A program made the translations under genes and the position numbers. From Candidatus Latescibacterota bacterium (lineage in GTDB: Bacteria > Latescibacterota > UBA2968), in assembly GCA_965205975.1 (NCBI GenBank), contig OZ242195.1:3296001-3360000 (forward strand): a stretch of DNA of 64,000 bases. Direction: 5' to 3'. Below, in pieces: positions 10,364 to 26,477 of this stretch; position 1 is the stretch's first letter; each line of letters starts with the position of its first letter. A model generated the notes under the pieces. That model saw only the letters and a program-made list of their open reading frames with translations, did no database searches and had not been told where the DNA came from.

Positions 10364-10861
10364 TCAGCGTTCATCAGCGGATCCCACTTCAAACACCTGC
10401 GACACCCAATCGGATAATCGGGTATTGAGCGGTCTTAACATCACAAGTGCATCTTCGCGGGGATCTGTATAATACGCTTTTCTGATCGCTATAGTCTCAA
10501 ACCCCATCTTCTTATAGAGATCAATCGCAGCACAATTGGACATACGCACTTCCAAAGATACCACGCGCGCCTTTTCCTCCAACAGATCAAACACAGTTTT
10601 CAGCGTTCTTCTTCCCAACCCCTTATGTTGAAAATCAGGCGCAATAGCGAAATTCGCCAGATAAAACTCCCGATCAATCAAAAAACCCACGACATAGCCC
10701 ACAATCTCGCACCCGACCGTAACCACCCGGCAAAAACCGTTTTGGCGATTCCGCGCAAACTCAAAATCGCGGCGTTTCCACGGCGCGAGAAAAACAGCCC
10801 TTTCAATTTTTATAACCCGGTCGAAATGCGAAGGGTTCATCTCCACCAACACGGGTGTCAT
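10364..10861 (-). CDS. rimI: Ribosomal protein S18 alanine N-acetyltransferase
   Basis: GNAT motifs LEVRMSN..AIDLY.KMGF...RKAYY...EDALVM; follows tsaB; start uncertain (10861-10876). Confidence 0.88.
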   Translation of the reverse strand: MTPVLVEMNPSHFDRVIKIERAVFLAPWKRRDFEFARNRQNGFCRVVTVGCEIVGYVVGFLIDREFYLANFAIAPDFQHKGLGRRTLKTVFDLLEEKARVVSLEVRMSNCAAIDLYKKMGFETIAIRKAYYTDPREDALVMLRPLNTRLSDWVSQVFEVGSADER

Positions 10862-10865
10862 CGAA

Positions 10866-11579
10866 TTACCCATCACCAGTCAAACGCGCTTCCCGCACGC
10901 GCTCTGCTTGTGTTCGCCGCAAATAAAAAGGCTCTGCCGTCTCCGCATCATCCACCTCTCCTCGTTCGCAACGCGCCTGCCCCAGCAGCGCAACAGCCCC
11001 AGCAGTGGGGCGACCCAGAGTGGCAAAATACGCATCTCGTCCCAACGCATCGACAATAACATCGCGATAAGCCTCTGCCCCATCTCCCACCACAGTCACG
11101 GGACGCGGCAGATGCGTGACCCAATTGGAAACCGCATCTGCACGATCGGGTATTCTCGAAATCGGATCCCCCGCAACGAGATCATATACCCCCGCATACA
11201 CATCGCCTCGCCGAGCATCCAGCATCGGGCAAACGGGCACCCCCTCTACCCCTGCCCCAAAAGCCATGCCAGCAAGGGTTGACACGCGCACAAACACAAG
11301 ATCAGCACCGCGACACAACCCCTTTGCCAGACCCATACCGATACGCAACCCCGTAAACGAACCGGGACCAGCAGCCACAGCCACGCCATCCAGGTCGCCA
11401 ACGCTTAAACTCGCCTCTCGCAACACCATCTCAACCATCGGCTGCAACCGTTCCGAATGATGCGATCCCAATTCCAACGTGTATTCCACAACCACGCGGG
11501 TATCGCAGGCCAAAGCCACACTGCATACCGCTGTTGAAGTCTCAATACCCAAAAAAAATTTCAACTTACAATACCTCAA
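10866..11579 (-). CDS. tsaB: tRNA t6A biosynthesis protein TsaB
   Basis: [36 protein letters not shown]. Confidence 0.92.
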   Translation of the reverse strand: MRYCKLKFFLGIETSTAVCSVALACDTRVVVEYTLELGSHHSERLQPMVEMVLREASLSVGDLDGVAVAAGPGSFTGLRIGMGLAKGLCRGADLVFVRVSTLAGMAFGAGVEGVPVCPMLDARRGDVYAGVYDLVAGDPISRIPDRADAVSNWVTHLPRPVTVVGDGAEAYRDVIVDALGRDAYFATLGRPTAGAVALLGQARCERGEVDDAETAEPFYLRRTQAERVREARLTGDG

Positions 11580-12601
11580 AACAACGTACTTTGCGACTCA
11601 TCTTCGGGTGGCGTCTTCCCCAAATGCAAATACGCCCGCGCCGTGGCTTGTCGCCCCCGAGGCGTGCGCACCAGCAACCCCTCCTGAATCAGATAGGGTT
11701 CATACACTTCCTCGAGCGTATCCATCTCCTCACTCAGCGCAGCACCCAGATTATTCAAACCAACGGGACCCCCATCGAATTTGTCGATCAGCGTTTCCAA
11801 CAATCGGCGATCCATTTCATCCAACCCCTTTGCATCCACCCCCAATAATGCCAGTGCCTTAACCGCAACTTCTTCTGTAATCACGCCATCGGCGCGCGCC
11901 TGTGCATAATCGCGAGACCGCGACAACTGACGCCCGGCAATGCGCGCTGTTCCCCGCGATCTGTGGGCAATCACATGCGCGGCATCCTCTTCAATCTCAA
12001 TACCCAAAATACGCGCCGCCCTCATTACAATGGCCTGCAACTCTTCCGGAGCGTAAAAATCCAGCCGCTCCATCAACCCAAAGCGCGATCGCATCGGTGC
12101 CGTAAGCAGTCCCAATCGCGTTGTTGCGCCCACCATAGTAAAAGGTTCAAGCGGAATTTGATACGACCTGGCACTCGGCCCGCTATCGATCATAATATCC
12201 AGCGTAAAATCCTCCATTGCCGAATACAAATGTTCTTCTACCACCCGATTCATACGATGGATCTCGTCGATAAACAGCACATCGCGCTCATTCAAATTCG
12301 TCAAAATCCCCGCCAGATCAGCCGGGCGCTCAAGTACCGGTCCCGATGTCACATGAATTTCAACCTCAAGCTCGTGCGCTATCACATAAGCCATCGTCGT
12401 TTTGCCCAGACCGGGAGGCCCGTGCAACAAAATATGATCCATAGCCTCATTGCGATGACGCGCAGCCTCCACAGCAATACGCAAATTCGTCTTCGCCTTT
12501 TCTTGCCCGACCATATCGTCAAATCGAATTGGACGAATCCGTTGATCGCGCTCAAATTCGTCGCCATCCTGAAATTCGGGATCGGTAAATCGTTCATCCA
12601 T
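11576..12601 (-). CDS. ruvB: Holliday junction helicase RuvB
   Basis: [31 protein letters not shown]. Confidence 0.97.
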   Translation of the reverse strand: MDERFTDPEFQDGDEFERDQRIRPIRFDDMVGQEKAKTNLRIAVEAARHRNEAMDHILLHGPPGLGKTTMAYVIAHELEVEIHVTSGPVLERPADLAGILTNLNERDVLFIDEIHRMNRVVEEHLYSAMEDFTLDIMIDSGPSARSYQIPLEPFTMVGATTRLGLLTAPMRSRFGLMERLDFYAPEELQAIVMRAARILGIEIEEDAAHVIAHRSRGTARIAGRQLSRSRDYAQARADGVITEEVAVKALALLGVDAKGLDEMDRRLLETLIDKFDGGPVGLNNLGAALSEEMDTLEEVYEPYLIQEGLLVRTPRGRQATARAYLHLGKTPPEDESQSTLF

Positions 12602-12619
12602 AAAATAGCCTTATGACCG

Positions 12620-13216
12620 CTAAATACTCCTCAATGCCCGCTTAATCACTTCCTCAATCGGCGCATCGTCGCCCATCTCCTGCAGAACCGTCGCAACAAC
12701 TTTGCGCGCCTGTACCGGATTTGCGCCCAAACCCGATAGAGCAGCAGCGGCTTCGTCTAATACATCGGGATCTGCATGCCCCACGGCATCGGAAGTAAAA
12801 TCTTCTGGCGCAATATCGCCAATCTTATCCTTCATTTCCAGCACCAGACGCTGAGCGAGTTTTTGACCAATGCCTTTAATACGCGTCAATCCTTTGGCAT
12901 CTTCTGCGGCAACCAACCGCCTGAAATCCGCAATGGGAATACCGGACAAAATTTTCAATGCCATCGGTGGTCCAATACCCGAAACCGCAATCAGGCGCTC
13001 AAACAAATCGCGCTCGGACACTGAGGCAAATCCGTAAAGCGTCATCGCGTCTTCCCTCACATAGAGATGCGTGAGAATATTGACGCGCCCATCCTCAACC
13101 AAAAGCGATTCATAGCTCGACAGCGAAATATTGACGTGATACCCCACGCCCTGAACATCAACTATGACATGGGTCGGGTGTTTTTCGACCAGTCGCCCTT
13201 CTAAAAATGCAATCAT
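12620..13216 (-). CDS. ruvA: Holliday junction binding protein RuvA
   Basis: MIAFLEG, GVGY, VREDAMTLYGF, VSGIGP HhH motifs. Confidence 0.95.
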   Translation of the reverse strand: MIAFLEGRLVEKHPTHVIVDVQGVGYHVNISLSSYESLLVEDGRVNILTHLYVREDAMTLYGFASVSERDLFERLIAVSGIGPPMALKILSGIPIADFRRLVAAEDAKGLTRIKGIGQKLAQRLVLEMKDKIGDIAPEDFTSDAVGHADPDVLDEAAAALSGLGANPVQARKVVATVLQEMGDDAPIEEVIKRALRSI

Positions 13217-13220
13217 TGTA

Positions 13221-13853
13221 TCATCTTTCCCTTCGATTCAATCGCCGCCGCGACTTCGCACTCACGCCGATTTCTTTGAGTTTCTCATCAAATCGACTCT
13301 GTTCTTTACCGCCCCGTTTCAACGCCTCAATTTTCTCTGCCAGTTTATTGTCCCGTTTTCCAGGCCCACGCGCAGCAACCTTCTGATGCGCGTGGCACAG
13401 AGCAATCGCCACGGCATCTGTCGCATCAAAACCCTGCCCCACTGCCTCTTTCCCCAACAATCGCTGGATCATAAATTGCACCTGTTCTTTGGATGCACCG
13501 CCACGGCCCACAACGGCTCTTTTCACCTCGCGGGGCGAGTACTCAAAAATGGGCAGATCGGAATTGGCCAGCGCCGTCACAATAGCCCCACGCGCCTGAC
13601 ACAACTTAATCAGCGATTGCGTATTGGCACCGTAAAAAACAGATTCAAGCGCGACTTCATGCGGACCTGCATCCGCGACCAGCGCGAGCAAGTGATCGTA
13701 GATATAGAGCAAGCGCTGGGGAAAAGACAATTTATTACCGGGCCGAATACAGCCGCATTTCAGCAACCGATTTTTCCGATTCTGGTGCTCAACCAGACCA
13801 AAACCGGTTACCACACTACCCGGATCAATACCCAGAATGATCACGCGAGCCAC
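13221..13853 (-). CDS. ruvC: Holliday junction resolvase RuvC with basic C-terminal extension
   Basis: ILGIDPG, ALESVF, DATDAVAIALCH. Confidence 0.93.
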   Translation of the reverse strand: MARVIILGIDPGSVVTGFGLVEHQNRKNRLLKCGCIRPGNKLSFPQRLLYIYDHLLALVADAGPHEVALESVFYGANTQSLIKLCQARGAIVTALANSDLPIFEYSPREVKRAVVGRGGASKEQVQFMIQRLLGKEAVGQGFDATDAVAIALCHAHQKVAARGPGKRDNKLAEKIEALKRGGKEQSRFDEKLKEIGVSAKSRRRLNRRER

Positions 13854-13895
13854 CTTTTGAAGTGTGAAGTAGGAAGGGGGAAGGGGGAGGGGAAA

Positions 13896-14645
13896 TCAAG
13901 CTGTCAGGGCTGATAGTTCACTATCGTCAATCTCAAAATTGGCATATACCCGCTGCACATCGTCATTGTCTTCGAGCATTTCCATCAAGGCCAACAATTG
14001 CTGCGCGATTTTGCCTTCAATGGGCACAGTACTTTGCGGAACGCGCGTCAATTCAGCGCGTTCAATCTCAATACCCGCATCTTCAACCGCCTTGCGAACG
14101 CTTTCAAAATCCGGCAGGGATGCATAAACTTCATAGACATTCTCTTCTTCTGCAATATCCTCGGCACCGGCATCCAACGCCACCAGCATTATCTCTTCTT
14201 CTTCCACACCCTCTTTGGGCACCGAAATCAGGCCCTTTTGCTCAAACACCCATGCCACGGCACCACTTTCGGCCATACTGCCATTGTATTTGCCAAACAA
14301 ATGCCGCACTTCAGATACCGTGCGATTGCGATTATCCGTCAGAGTTTCAACAAACACGGCCACACCCCCCGGTCCGTAGCCCTCGTAAATCGCACCTTCA
14401 TAAGATTCGCCTTCAAGCTCTCCTGTACCCTTTTTAATCGCGCGCTCAATATTGACCATAGGCATATTTTCCGCCTTCGCACTCAGAACAGCCGCACGCA
14501 GACGGGGGTTATTCGCCTCATCGCCGCCACCCTCGCGGGCAGCCACGGTAATCTCTCGAATCAATTTGGTAAACGCCTTGCCTCGAGCCGCGTCCTGACG
14601 GCCCTTGCGATGCTTGATATTTGCCCATTTAGAATGTCCAGCCAT
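13896..14645 (-). CDS. yebC: YebC/PmpR family protein
   Basis: [31 protein letters not shown]. Confidence 0.95.
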   Translation of the reverse strand: MAGHSKWANIKHRKGRQDAARGKAFTKLIREITVAAREGGGDEANNPRLRAAVLSAKAENMPMVNIERAIKKGTGELEGESYEGAIYEGYGPGGVAVFVETLTDNRNRTVSEVRHLFGKYNGSMAESGAVAWVFEQKGLISVPKEGVEEEEIMLVALDAGAEDIAEEENVYEVYASLPDFESVRKAVEDAGIEIERAELTRVPQSTVPIEGKIAQQLLALMEMLEDNDDVQRVYANFEIDDSELSALTA

Positions 14646-14730
14646 CCTGCCATACTCCTTTATTTATAGGTCTCCTGTTACCTTGATCCAAATGTAGTCA
14701 GAACCCCGCCATTGTGCAATAGGAAATGCG

Positions 14731-16158
14731 CTACTTACGAACTTGCAACATATCCATAAATTCCCACACAGGCATAGTATCTAAATCCGAACCTTCAAAC
14801 ACAGCCGACACATCTCGCACCTGGCGCATCTCAAACCGCGTACTCATATTTTCCACAAACTTTTCCACCAGCAAAGGCGCGGCCTCCTGCCGCCTTCTAC
14901 GATGCCCAATGGGATATTCCACCGTCACGGCCTCTGTCGCCGATCCATCTTTGAAAAACACCTGCACAGTATTGGCAATTGACCTCTTCTGCGGATCGTG
15001 ATAATCCCGCGTAAACCGCGCGTTTTCCGTCACCACCATCTTTTCTCTCAACAGATCAATACGCGCGTCCTCCGCGCGCGCCTCTTCATAGTCATCTGCA
15101 GTCAAAACGCCAAAAATCAGCCCTATCGCCACCATATATTGCAAGCAGTGATCTCGATCTGCCGGATTGTATAGCGGACCGGTCTTATCGATAATTTTTA
15201 CGGCAGCTTCGTGGGTCTCAATCACCACCCGCTCGACAGCATCCAAACGCGGTGCCACCTCATCGTGCAACGCAAACGCGGCTTCTACCGCTGTCTGTGC
15301 GTGAAATTCAGCGGGAAAAGACACCTTGAACAAAACGTTTTCCATCACATAAGAACCATACAAACGTTGAAACTGAAACCGGTCACCACTCCACAAGCGG
15401 TCGTAAAAACCCCATACAGGTGCAGACAGAGCCGTTGGATATCCCATCTCACCGCGCTTTGTTTGCAATGCCAAAAACACGCCACGCGCTGTCGCATCTC
15501 CCGCTGCCCAACTCTTGCGCGATCCCGTATTGGGTGCATGCCGATAGGTTCGCAAAGGCCCCAAATCGCACCATACCTGCGACAATGCGCTGACCACCTG
15601 CGCCTCATCACACCCCAACAGCCCAGCAGAAACCGCCGCGCTCGCCAACTTCACCAAAATTACATGGTCCAGTCCCCGAGCATTAAAACTGTTTTCCAGC
15701 GCCATCACGCCCTGAATCTCATGCGCTTTGATCATCGCCACAAACACATCCCGCATGACGAGTGTATCTCTCCCCTGTGCCCGTTGCGTGCGCGACAGCC
15801 AGTCCGACACCCCGAGAATTGCACCCAGGTTGTCCGAAGGATGGCCCCACTCCGCCGCCAACCACGTATCGTTAAAATCCAACCACCGCACCAGTGTCCC
15901 AATATTAAATGCAGCAGTCACCGGATCGAGTTCGTAACCTGTTCCCGGCACCCGCGCACCGTACGGCACAATTGTTCCCGGCACCACGGGACCGAGCATC
16001 TTCGTACACTCAGAAAACCGCAATGCCAACACCGCACACCCCAAACTATCCATCAGACACAATCGAGCCGTCTGAAAAGCCTCCGCGGAATTCACTTCAC
16101 AATCCAGCACGTACTGTGCGATAGTCACCAGTTCTCTATCCGGCGCCCGATCATCCAT
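14731..16158 (-). CDS. prpD: 2-methylcitrate dehydratase
   Basis: [42 protein letters not shown]; start set to ATG 16158. Confidence 0.93.
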   Translation of the reverse strand: MDDRAPDRELVTIAQYVLDCEVNSAEAFQTARLCLMDSLGCAVLALRFSECTKMLGPVVPGTIVPYGARVPGTGYELDPVTAAFNIGTLVRWLDFNDTWLAAEWGHPSDNLGAILGVSDWLSRTQRAQGRDTLVMRDVFVAMIKAHEIQGVMALENSFNARGLDHVILVKLASAAVSAGLLGCDEAQVVSALSQVWCDLGPLRTYRHAPNTGSRKSWAAGDATARGVFLALQTKRGEMGYPTALSAPVWGFYDRLWSGDRFQFQRLYGSYVMENVLFKVSFPAEFHAQTAVEAAFALHDEVAPRLDAVERVVIETHEAAVKIIDKTGPLYNPADRDHCLQYMVAIGLIFGVLTADDYEEARAEDARIDLLREKMVVTENARFTRDYHDPQKRSIANTVQVFFKDGSATEAVTVEYPIGHRRRRQEAAPLLVEKFVENMSTRFEMRQVRDVSAVFEGSDLDTMPVWEFMDMLQVRK

Positions 16159-16174
16159 GGCATTCCTCAAGCTA

Positions 16175-17272
16175 TCAGCCCCTTTCTTCCATCGGCACAT
16201 AATCTCGCGCCTCTACCCCCGTGTATTCCGCCAGAGGCCGAATCAGTCTATTATCCGCCCGCTGTTCCACCACATGAGCAGCCCAACCGCTGCAACGACT
16301 GAGCACAAATATGGGTGTGAAAAGCGCCGTCTCAATACCAGCCATATGATACGCTGTTGCCGAATAAAAATCCAGATTTGGAAACAACTTCTTTTCATCC
16401 CACATAACCCGCTCAATCGCTTCAGAAATCTCGTACAGACGCATATCGCCCATTGCTTCACTGACCTGACGTGCCCAATCTTTAATAATCGCATTGCGCG
16501 GATCCCGCACGCGATAAACCCCGTGCCCAAACCCCATAATCAATTCTCTGCGCGCCAGCATCTCTCGCACACCTGTTGCCGCGTCTTCGGGCGTCTCGAA
16601 CTGCTCGATCAATTCCATTGCTCGCTCATTCGCGCCTCCGTGCAAAGGCCCGCTCAAAGTGCCAATTGCCCCGGTAATACAGCCATAAAAATCGGCAAGC
16701 GTAGAAGCGCATACTCTCGCCGTAAATGTCGAGGCATTAAACTCGTGCTCGGCATATAAAATCAACGACGCATCCATCATCCGACGCGCCAAATCCGAAG
16801 GCGTATCCGCTTTGAGCATATGCAAGATATAAGTCGCATGATCATCCACATCCACATCCAAAACATCCGCACCTATATGCCAGATCCCCAGCATAGAGGG
16901 CAATGCACCTATAAGCCGCACAGCCACAGCATCCCCCAAATCCCGTTCTGGCTCGGCAATGCCAAGCGCCGATACACCGGTTCGCAAAACATCCATCGGA
17001 TGCGCATCTGAAGGCAGCGAACTCAGAACCCGCACAACCAGGTCTGGCAACTGTCGGTGCGCCCGCAACTGCATCTTCAACGCATCCAATTCCCTTTCAG
17101 TGGGCAATGCATCCCACAACAACAAATGCACAATTTCCTCAAAACAGGCAAATTGTGATAGGTCTTCAATAGCATAGCCCCGATAGTGCAAACCGTGACC
17201 TTCTGCGCCCACAGTACAAATCGACGTACTGCCAGCCTTAACCCCTCTCAAGCCTGTCGTCTGTTTGCTCAC
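16175..17272 (-). CDS. prpC: 2-methylcitrate synthase
   Basis: [31 protein letters not shown]; lies between prpB and prpD. Confidence 0.92.
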   Translation of the reverse strand: MSKQTTGLRGVKAGSTSICTVGAEGHGLHYRGYAIEDLSQFACFEEIVHLLLWDALPTERELDALKMQLRAHRQLPDLVVRVLSSLPSDAHPMDVLRTGVSALGIAEPERDLGDAVAVRLIGALPSMLGIWHIGADVLDVDVDDHATYILHMLKADTPSDLARRMMDASLILYAEHEFNASTFTARVCASTLADFYGCITGAIGTLSGPLHGGANERAMELIEQFETPEDAATGVREMLARRELIMGFGHGVYRVRDPRNAIIKDWARQVSEAMGDMRLYEISEAIERVMWDEKKLFPNLDFYSATAYHMAGIETALFTPIFVLSRCSGWAAHVVEQRADNRLIRPLAEYTGVEARDYVPMEERG

Positions 17273-17345
17273 AATATCCTCCTATCTAAAAAGGTCGTGA
17301 GCATTTTCACTCACGACCTTTTTACGCAAAATCTCCTCAGGCGAT

Positions 17346-18218
17346 TCACGCGCCATAAAGTCGATTGACCTGCGCCTCATACCTGTAATAATCCAGCAAT
17401 TCGTAGAGTTCTTCGCGCGTCTGCATCTCGTTTATCAACGCACCCTGCGCGCCCTGTGTCCGCAGCGTTTTATACGCCCGATAAGCAGCTGCATTCATCA
17501 TTCTAAACGCCGTGAGAGGATACAGCACCATGGCGACACCCGCACCTCTCATCTCGTCCAGACCAAACAGGGGCGTTTGTCCGAACTCGGTGAGATTCGC
17601 CAGTACAGGTACAGAGAGATTATGAGCAAAACTGCGGAAATCCTCCAGTGAACACAAGCTCTCTGCAAAAATCGCATCCGCACCGGCAGCAATGTACTTC
17701 TTGGCACGATTGAGGCCACACGCCAAACCCTCATTGACCACAGAATCCGTTCGCGCCATAATCACAAACTCGCTGTCTGAACGCGCGTCAACCGCTGCTT
17801 TGATTCGGTCGCACATCTCCTCGGCAGGTACCACCTGCTTTCCGGGGCGATGTCCACAGCGTTTTTGTAATACCTGGTCTTCAATGTGAACAGCGGCAAC
17901 GCCAATTTTTTCCAACGTCTTTACCGCGCGACCAATCGAAAAAGAAGTACCGCCAAACCCGGTATCAATGTCAACCAACAGCGGCAAATCCACCACATCT
18001 GTAATCCGCCGGGCATCCTCGACCACATTATCCAGCGTTGTAATGCCCAAATCGGGCAAACCATAAGAAGCAGCAGCCACGCCCGAACCGGAAAGATAAA
18101 GCACGCGAAATCCCGCTTGTTTTGCCATCAGCGCAGATATGGCATTGATGGTACCCGCAATCTGTAAGGGTCGTTCTGCGTCCAGTGCCGCCCTGAACCT
18201 GCGCCCGGCTGACATCAT
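17346..18218 (-). CDS. prpB: Methylisocitrate lyase
   Basis: KRCGHRPGK, DIDTGFG, ANLTEFG. Confidence 0.94.
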   Translation of the reverse strand: MMSAGRRFRAALDAERPLQIAGTINAISALMAKQAGFRVLYLSGSGVAAASYGLPDLGITTLDNVVEDARRITDVVDLPLLVDIDTGFGGTSFSIGRAVKTLEKIGVAAVHIEDQVLQKRCGHRPGKQVVPAEEMCDRIKAAVDARSDSEFVIMARTDSVVNEGLACGLNRAKKYIAAGADAIFAESLCSLEDFRSFAHNLSVPVLANLTEFGQTPLFGLDEMRGAGVAMVLYPLTAFRMMNAAAYRAYKTLRTQGAQGALINEMQTREELYELLDYYRYEAQVNRLYGA

Positions 18219-18331
18219 CTCCTCCTGTAGCGAATCTACGAATCTACGAATCAGCGAATCAGCGACGGAGTTTGTAACAACTTTGGGAGTGGGGCGGGAT
18301 TCGTCTATTCGTCTATTCGCGCTTTTCTCGT

Positions 18332-20413
18332 CTATGCCTCTACCAACTCGCGATCGTGTTCGGAAGACTCAATAACCTTTTGCGTCACATCGTGAGGGGC
18401 AGACTCATAGTGGGAAAATTCCATAGTATAATCGCCTGTACCCTGTGTCATAGAGCGCAAAGAAGTCGAATATTTGTAAAGATCGGCCAGCGGAACTTCG
18501 GCGTGAATAACCTGGAAATTACCCTCGGGATCCATGCCTTGAATACGCCCGCGTCGCCCATTGAGATCCGCCATCACATCTCCCATATAGGAATCGGGAA
18601 CAACGACGCGAACCTTATAGATGGGTTCTAACAAAATGGGTTTGGCATCCATAAATGCATTTTGAAATGCGAAGGAACCGGCCAGCTTAAAAGCCATATC
18701 AGAAGAATCAACAGGATGGAAGGACCCATCGTAAACCGTGACCTGTGTATCGACAACAGGATATCCGGCGAGCACACCGCGTTGCATGCATTCCACAACA
18801 CCTTTTTCAACAGCCGGAATAAATTTTCCGGGAATCGCACCGCCTACAACCTCGTCTATAAATTCAAAGCCATCACCGCGCTGCCTGGGCGCAACACGCA
18901 AATAAGCTTCGCCATATTGACCACGCCCACCGCTTTGTTTTCTGTGACGATACTGCGCTTCTGAACGCGATTGAATGGTCTCGCGGTACGGTATTCGCGG
19001 TTCGGCCACTTCTATATCTACGCCAAACTTGTTCTTCAACTTGTCAAACACAACCGTCAAATGTAACTCGCCCTGTCCCTGGGCAATAATCTGACGCAAT
19101 TCCGAGTCATACCCGGCGACAAAGCTCGGGTCTTCTTCGTGAATGCTTTGCAATCCCGCGCTAATTTTGTCTTCGTCGCCTCGCGATTTGGGTTCTACGG
19201 CCACGCGAATCAAAGGGTGTGGAAATTCGACCGGTTGAATTTGCAAGCGCGTGTTTCTGCTGCAAAGCGTATTGCCCGTATGCGTATCCTTTAGCTTGAT
19301 CAACGCGCCAATATCACCTGCGCCCAAAACGTCCATATCCTCGCGCTTTCCGCCACTCATCGAATAAATTTGACCGATGCGCTCACTGGCTCGGCGATTG
19401 GGATTAAATACATCGTCGCCAGATTGGACACTACCGGAATACACGCGCAAAAATGACAGATCACCTACAGATTCGGAAATCGTTTTGAACACCACGGCAG
19501 CCAAAGGGTCATCATCGCTTACAGTAAGTGCCACTTCTTCTTCGGATCTTTCTTTATAAGCTGTGGGAATTGGTAAGTCGAGCGGACCGGGTGCGAATGC
19601 AGAAAGAAAATCGAGCAACAAATCGACCCCGATATTTTTGCTGGCGGCACTCAAAAAAATGGGAAACAAAGTGCGATTGACCATCCCAATTTTGACCCCT
19701 TGTGCAATCTCTTCGTCTGTCAATTCCCCTTCTTCTAAATAGCGCTCAATCAGGTCGTCGTCACTTTCTGCCGCCCCTTCAACCACCTGTTCCCTCAAGG
19801 TCTCAGCCTCATCTTGCCATTCCTCGGGAATCTCCGAAGCCTCTGCTTTACCATCGGTATAAGTTACCAATTTCATCTGCAAAACATCGATGATCTGATT
19901 AAACCCTTCGCCGGCATTGACCGGAATCTGAAAGGGAACAGCCCCATTTCCAAAATGCTCCTGAATTGCCGAAACCGCACCATCGCAATCGGCAAATTCC
20001 CGATCGACGTGATTGATTAAAAACACAGTTGCGCGATCAAATTCATCGGCAAAACCAAACGCCTTATCTGTCCCAATCTCTACACCACTGACCGCATTGA
20101 CCAGCGTAAGGGCAATATCAGATGCCCAAATCGCGGCTTTGGCATCGCCAATAAAGTCGGCATAACCCGGAGCATCCAAAATATTCATTTTGGTACCCTT
20201 CCAATCGCAGTGCAACATGGATGTACTGATAGAGATTTGGCGCTCAATCTCTGCATCGGTATAATCCGACATAGTATTTCCCTCATCGACTACCCCGAGT
20301 CGATTGGTTGCACCAGCAGAAAACATCATGGCTTCGGCAACGGACGTTTTGCCCGTGCCGCCGTGCCCCGAGAGGGCGATATTCCTGATATTTTCAGGTG
20401 TATATCTATTCAC
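18332..20413 (-). CDS. fusA: Elongation factor G paralogue (EF-G2 type)
   Basis: Five-domain EF-G layout (KQSGGRGQYG, DGSFHPVDSS) but G1=GHGGTGKT and G4=NHVD; not in a str operon. Confidence 0.85.
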   Translation of the reverse strand: MNRYTPENIRNIALSGHGGTGKTSVAEAMMFSAGATNRLGVVDEGNTMSDYTDAEIERQISISTSMLHCDWKGTKMNILDAPGYADFIGDAKAAIWASDIALTLVNAVSGVEIGTDKAFGFADEFDRATVFLINHVDREFADCDGAVSAIQEHFGNGAVPFQIPVNAGEGFNQIIDVLQMKLVTYTDGKAEASEIPEEWQDEAETLREQVVEGAAESDDDLIERYLEEGELTDEEIAQGVKIGMVNRTLFPIFLSAASKNIGVDLLLDFLSAFAPGPLDLPIPTAYKERSEEEVALTVSDDDPLAAVVFKTISESVGDLSFLRVYSGSVQSGDDVFNPNRRASERIGQIYSMSGGKREDMDVLGAGDIGALIKLKDTHTGNTLCSRNTRLQIQPVEFPHPLIRVAVEPKSRGDEDKISAGLQSIHEEDPSFVAGYDSELRQIIAQGQGELHLTVVFDKLKNKFGVDIEVAEPRIPYRETIQSRSEAQYRHRKQSGGRGQYGEAYLRVAPRQRGDGFEFIDEVVGGAIPGKFIPAVEKGVVECMQRGVLAGYPVVDTQVTVYDGSFHPVDSSDMAFKLAGSFAFQNAFMDAKPILLEPIYKVRVVVPDSYMGDVMADLNGRRGRIQGMDPEGNFQVIHAEVPLADLYKYSTSLRSMTQGTGDYTMEFSHYESAPHDVTQKVIESSEHDRELVEA

Positions 20414-20515
20414 TGTAACCTCCTTAATATCAGTATTGGGAATTCAAAAAATGAGGCGCGTATAATTGCATAACAAACGGGTTTTGTCAAGCACTCTTTT
20501 GATCTTGTGTAACAC

Positions 20516-20550
20516 AAAAAAAGCCCGGATTTTTATATCCGGGCTTTTTT
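20516..20550 (-). terminator. Intrinsic terminator of the rRNA operon
   Basis: AAAAAGCCCGGAT-loop-ATCCGGGCTTTTT immediately after 5S. Confidence 0.85.
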
Positions 20551-20554
20551 ATAA

Positions 20555-20672
<118 letters not shown>

Positions 20673-20740
20673 AAAATTTAATCGAATATGAATTGAGCGC
20701 CAAAACAAAGCACAGAAGCGATCTGCTGAAAAGTGTTAAA

Positions 20741-23771
<3,031 letters not shown>

Positions 23772-23899
23772 AAAACAGGTTTTCAGCAGATCACTACTGT
23801 GCTCTGCAAAGAATCCATACTTCAGTTTGGCAAATTGTGTATACCCAATTCATATTCAATTGTCAAAGAGCAGTTGCAAATTCTGTTAAAATACAACTT

Positions 23900-23975
23900 T
23901 GGTGGAGATAACCGGGATCGAACCGGTGACCTCCGGCTTGCAAAGCCAGCGCTCTCCCATCTGAGCTATATCCCC
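23900..23975 (-). tRNA. tRNA-Ala(UGC)
   Basis: GGGGATATAGCTCAG...TTGCAA...GGTTCGATCC...CCACCA. Confidence 0.97.
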
Positions 23976-23990
23976 AAATATTTTGTAGTT

Positions 23991-24067
23991 TGGTGGGCCT
24001 AAGTGGAGTTGAACCACTGACCTCGCGCTTATCAGGCGCGCGCTCTAACCAACTGAGCTATAGGCCC
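23991..24067 (-). tRNA. tRNA-Ile(GAU)
   Basis: GGGCCTATAGCTCAG...CTGATAA...GGTTCAACTCC...CCCACCA. Confidence 0.97.
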
Positions 24068-24185
24068 GCCTTAAAAAGCCGGGAAAAATCCCGGCCTTTC
24101 AAAAACCAAATAACGTGCACATGCCAAACCTGGTATTGACCTTAGGAGTAGATGTAAGCGCCTGTGGCCTTACATCGCGTCTCCC

Positions 24186-25735
<1,550 letters not shown>

Positions 25736-25894
25736 AAAAATGAGAGAGCCCATATTATGGGCTTTTTTTGCAAATTACTGAAATTCTCAAGAAACCTTGA
25801 GAACCTACCAAGCTTTTGAATAACACATGCACGTTATTTGATTTTCAAAGAACAAAATAGGCACTCTTGACTTACAAAGTGCCGGTAAGGGATA

Positions 25895-25987
25895 AATCTA
25901 TCAAATCGACATTTGTAAGTCAAGCAAAATTCTGCACCATTTTTGATGCAGAGAGCGAAATATATAAAACAAGAATGCGAAAGTCAA
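25895..25987 (-). promoter_or_regulatory. Tandem rRNA promoters P1/P2
   Basis: TTGACT-17-TATATT (25987-25959) and TTGACT-17-TAGATT (25923-25895); boxA-like GTTCTTTGAAAAT near 25840-25852 and GCTCTTTGACAAT near 23858-23871. Confidence 0.7.
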
Positions 25988-25994
25988 ACTATTT

Positions 25995-26477
25995 TCAAAA
26001 AAACTCCCCTCTCACACGGCCTTCTTCAACATCTGCTTCACCATCAAACTGCCTCAAATAGCGCACTGCCCGCTCCATATCTTTTTTTACCCAGGCGTCG
26101 GGTTCAGACGCCATAGCGCGTTCAAGTGCTGAAATAGCTTCAGGCTCTTCAATTTGCATCAATGACCATGCGACAATCTGGCGCACATCCCGGTCTTTGT
26201 CTCCAAGCATTCGGATCAGATCGCGCAATGCTTCCTTCGCCCGCAACATTCCCAACGCCCAGGCTGCCTTTGTGCGCACAGATGTGACAGTGTCGCGCAA
26301 AGCAGCACGCAAATGGGGAACAGCCTCAAAAACTCGCTGTGCGCCCAAAAAGGCAGCAGCATCAATGCGCTGATCAACCGAACCCGACCGCAATTGATGA
26401 AGATAATCGCCATGTGGCGAGCTACAGCCACATAAAAAAAGCAAAAGTACCGGCAGTATTTTTTTTAATTTATACAT
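25995..26477 (-). CDS. HEAT-repeat lipoprotein
   Basis: Lipobox [14 protein letters not shown] / [13 protein letters not shown] repeats. Confidence 0.75.
   Translation of the reverse strand: MYKLKKILPVLLLFLCGCSSPHGDYLHQLRSGSVDQRIDAAAFLGAQRVFEAVPHLRAALRDTVTSVRTKAAWALGMLRAKEALRDLIRMLGDKDRDVRQIVAWSLMQIEEPEAISALERAMASEPDAWVKKDMERAVRYLRQFDGEADVEEGRVRGEFF

Noticed and set aside
15211..16759. Long plus-strand ORFs (363 and 200 aa); likewise 54955-55992
   Set aside because: Antisense to well-supported genes and lacking motifs
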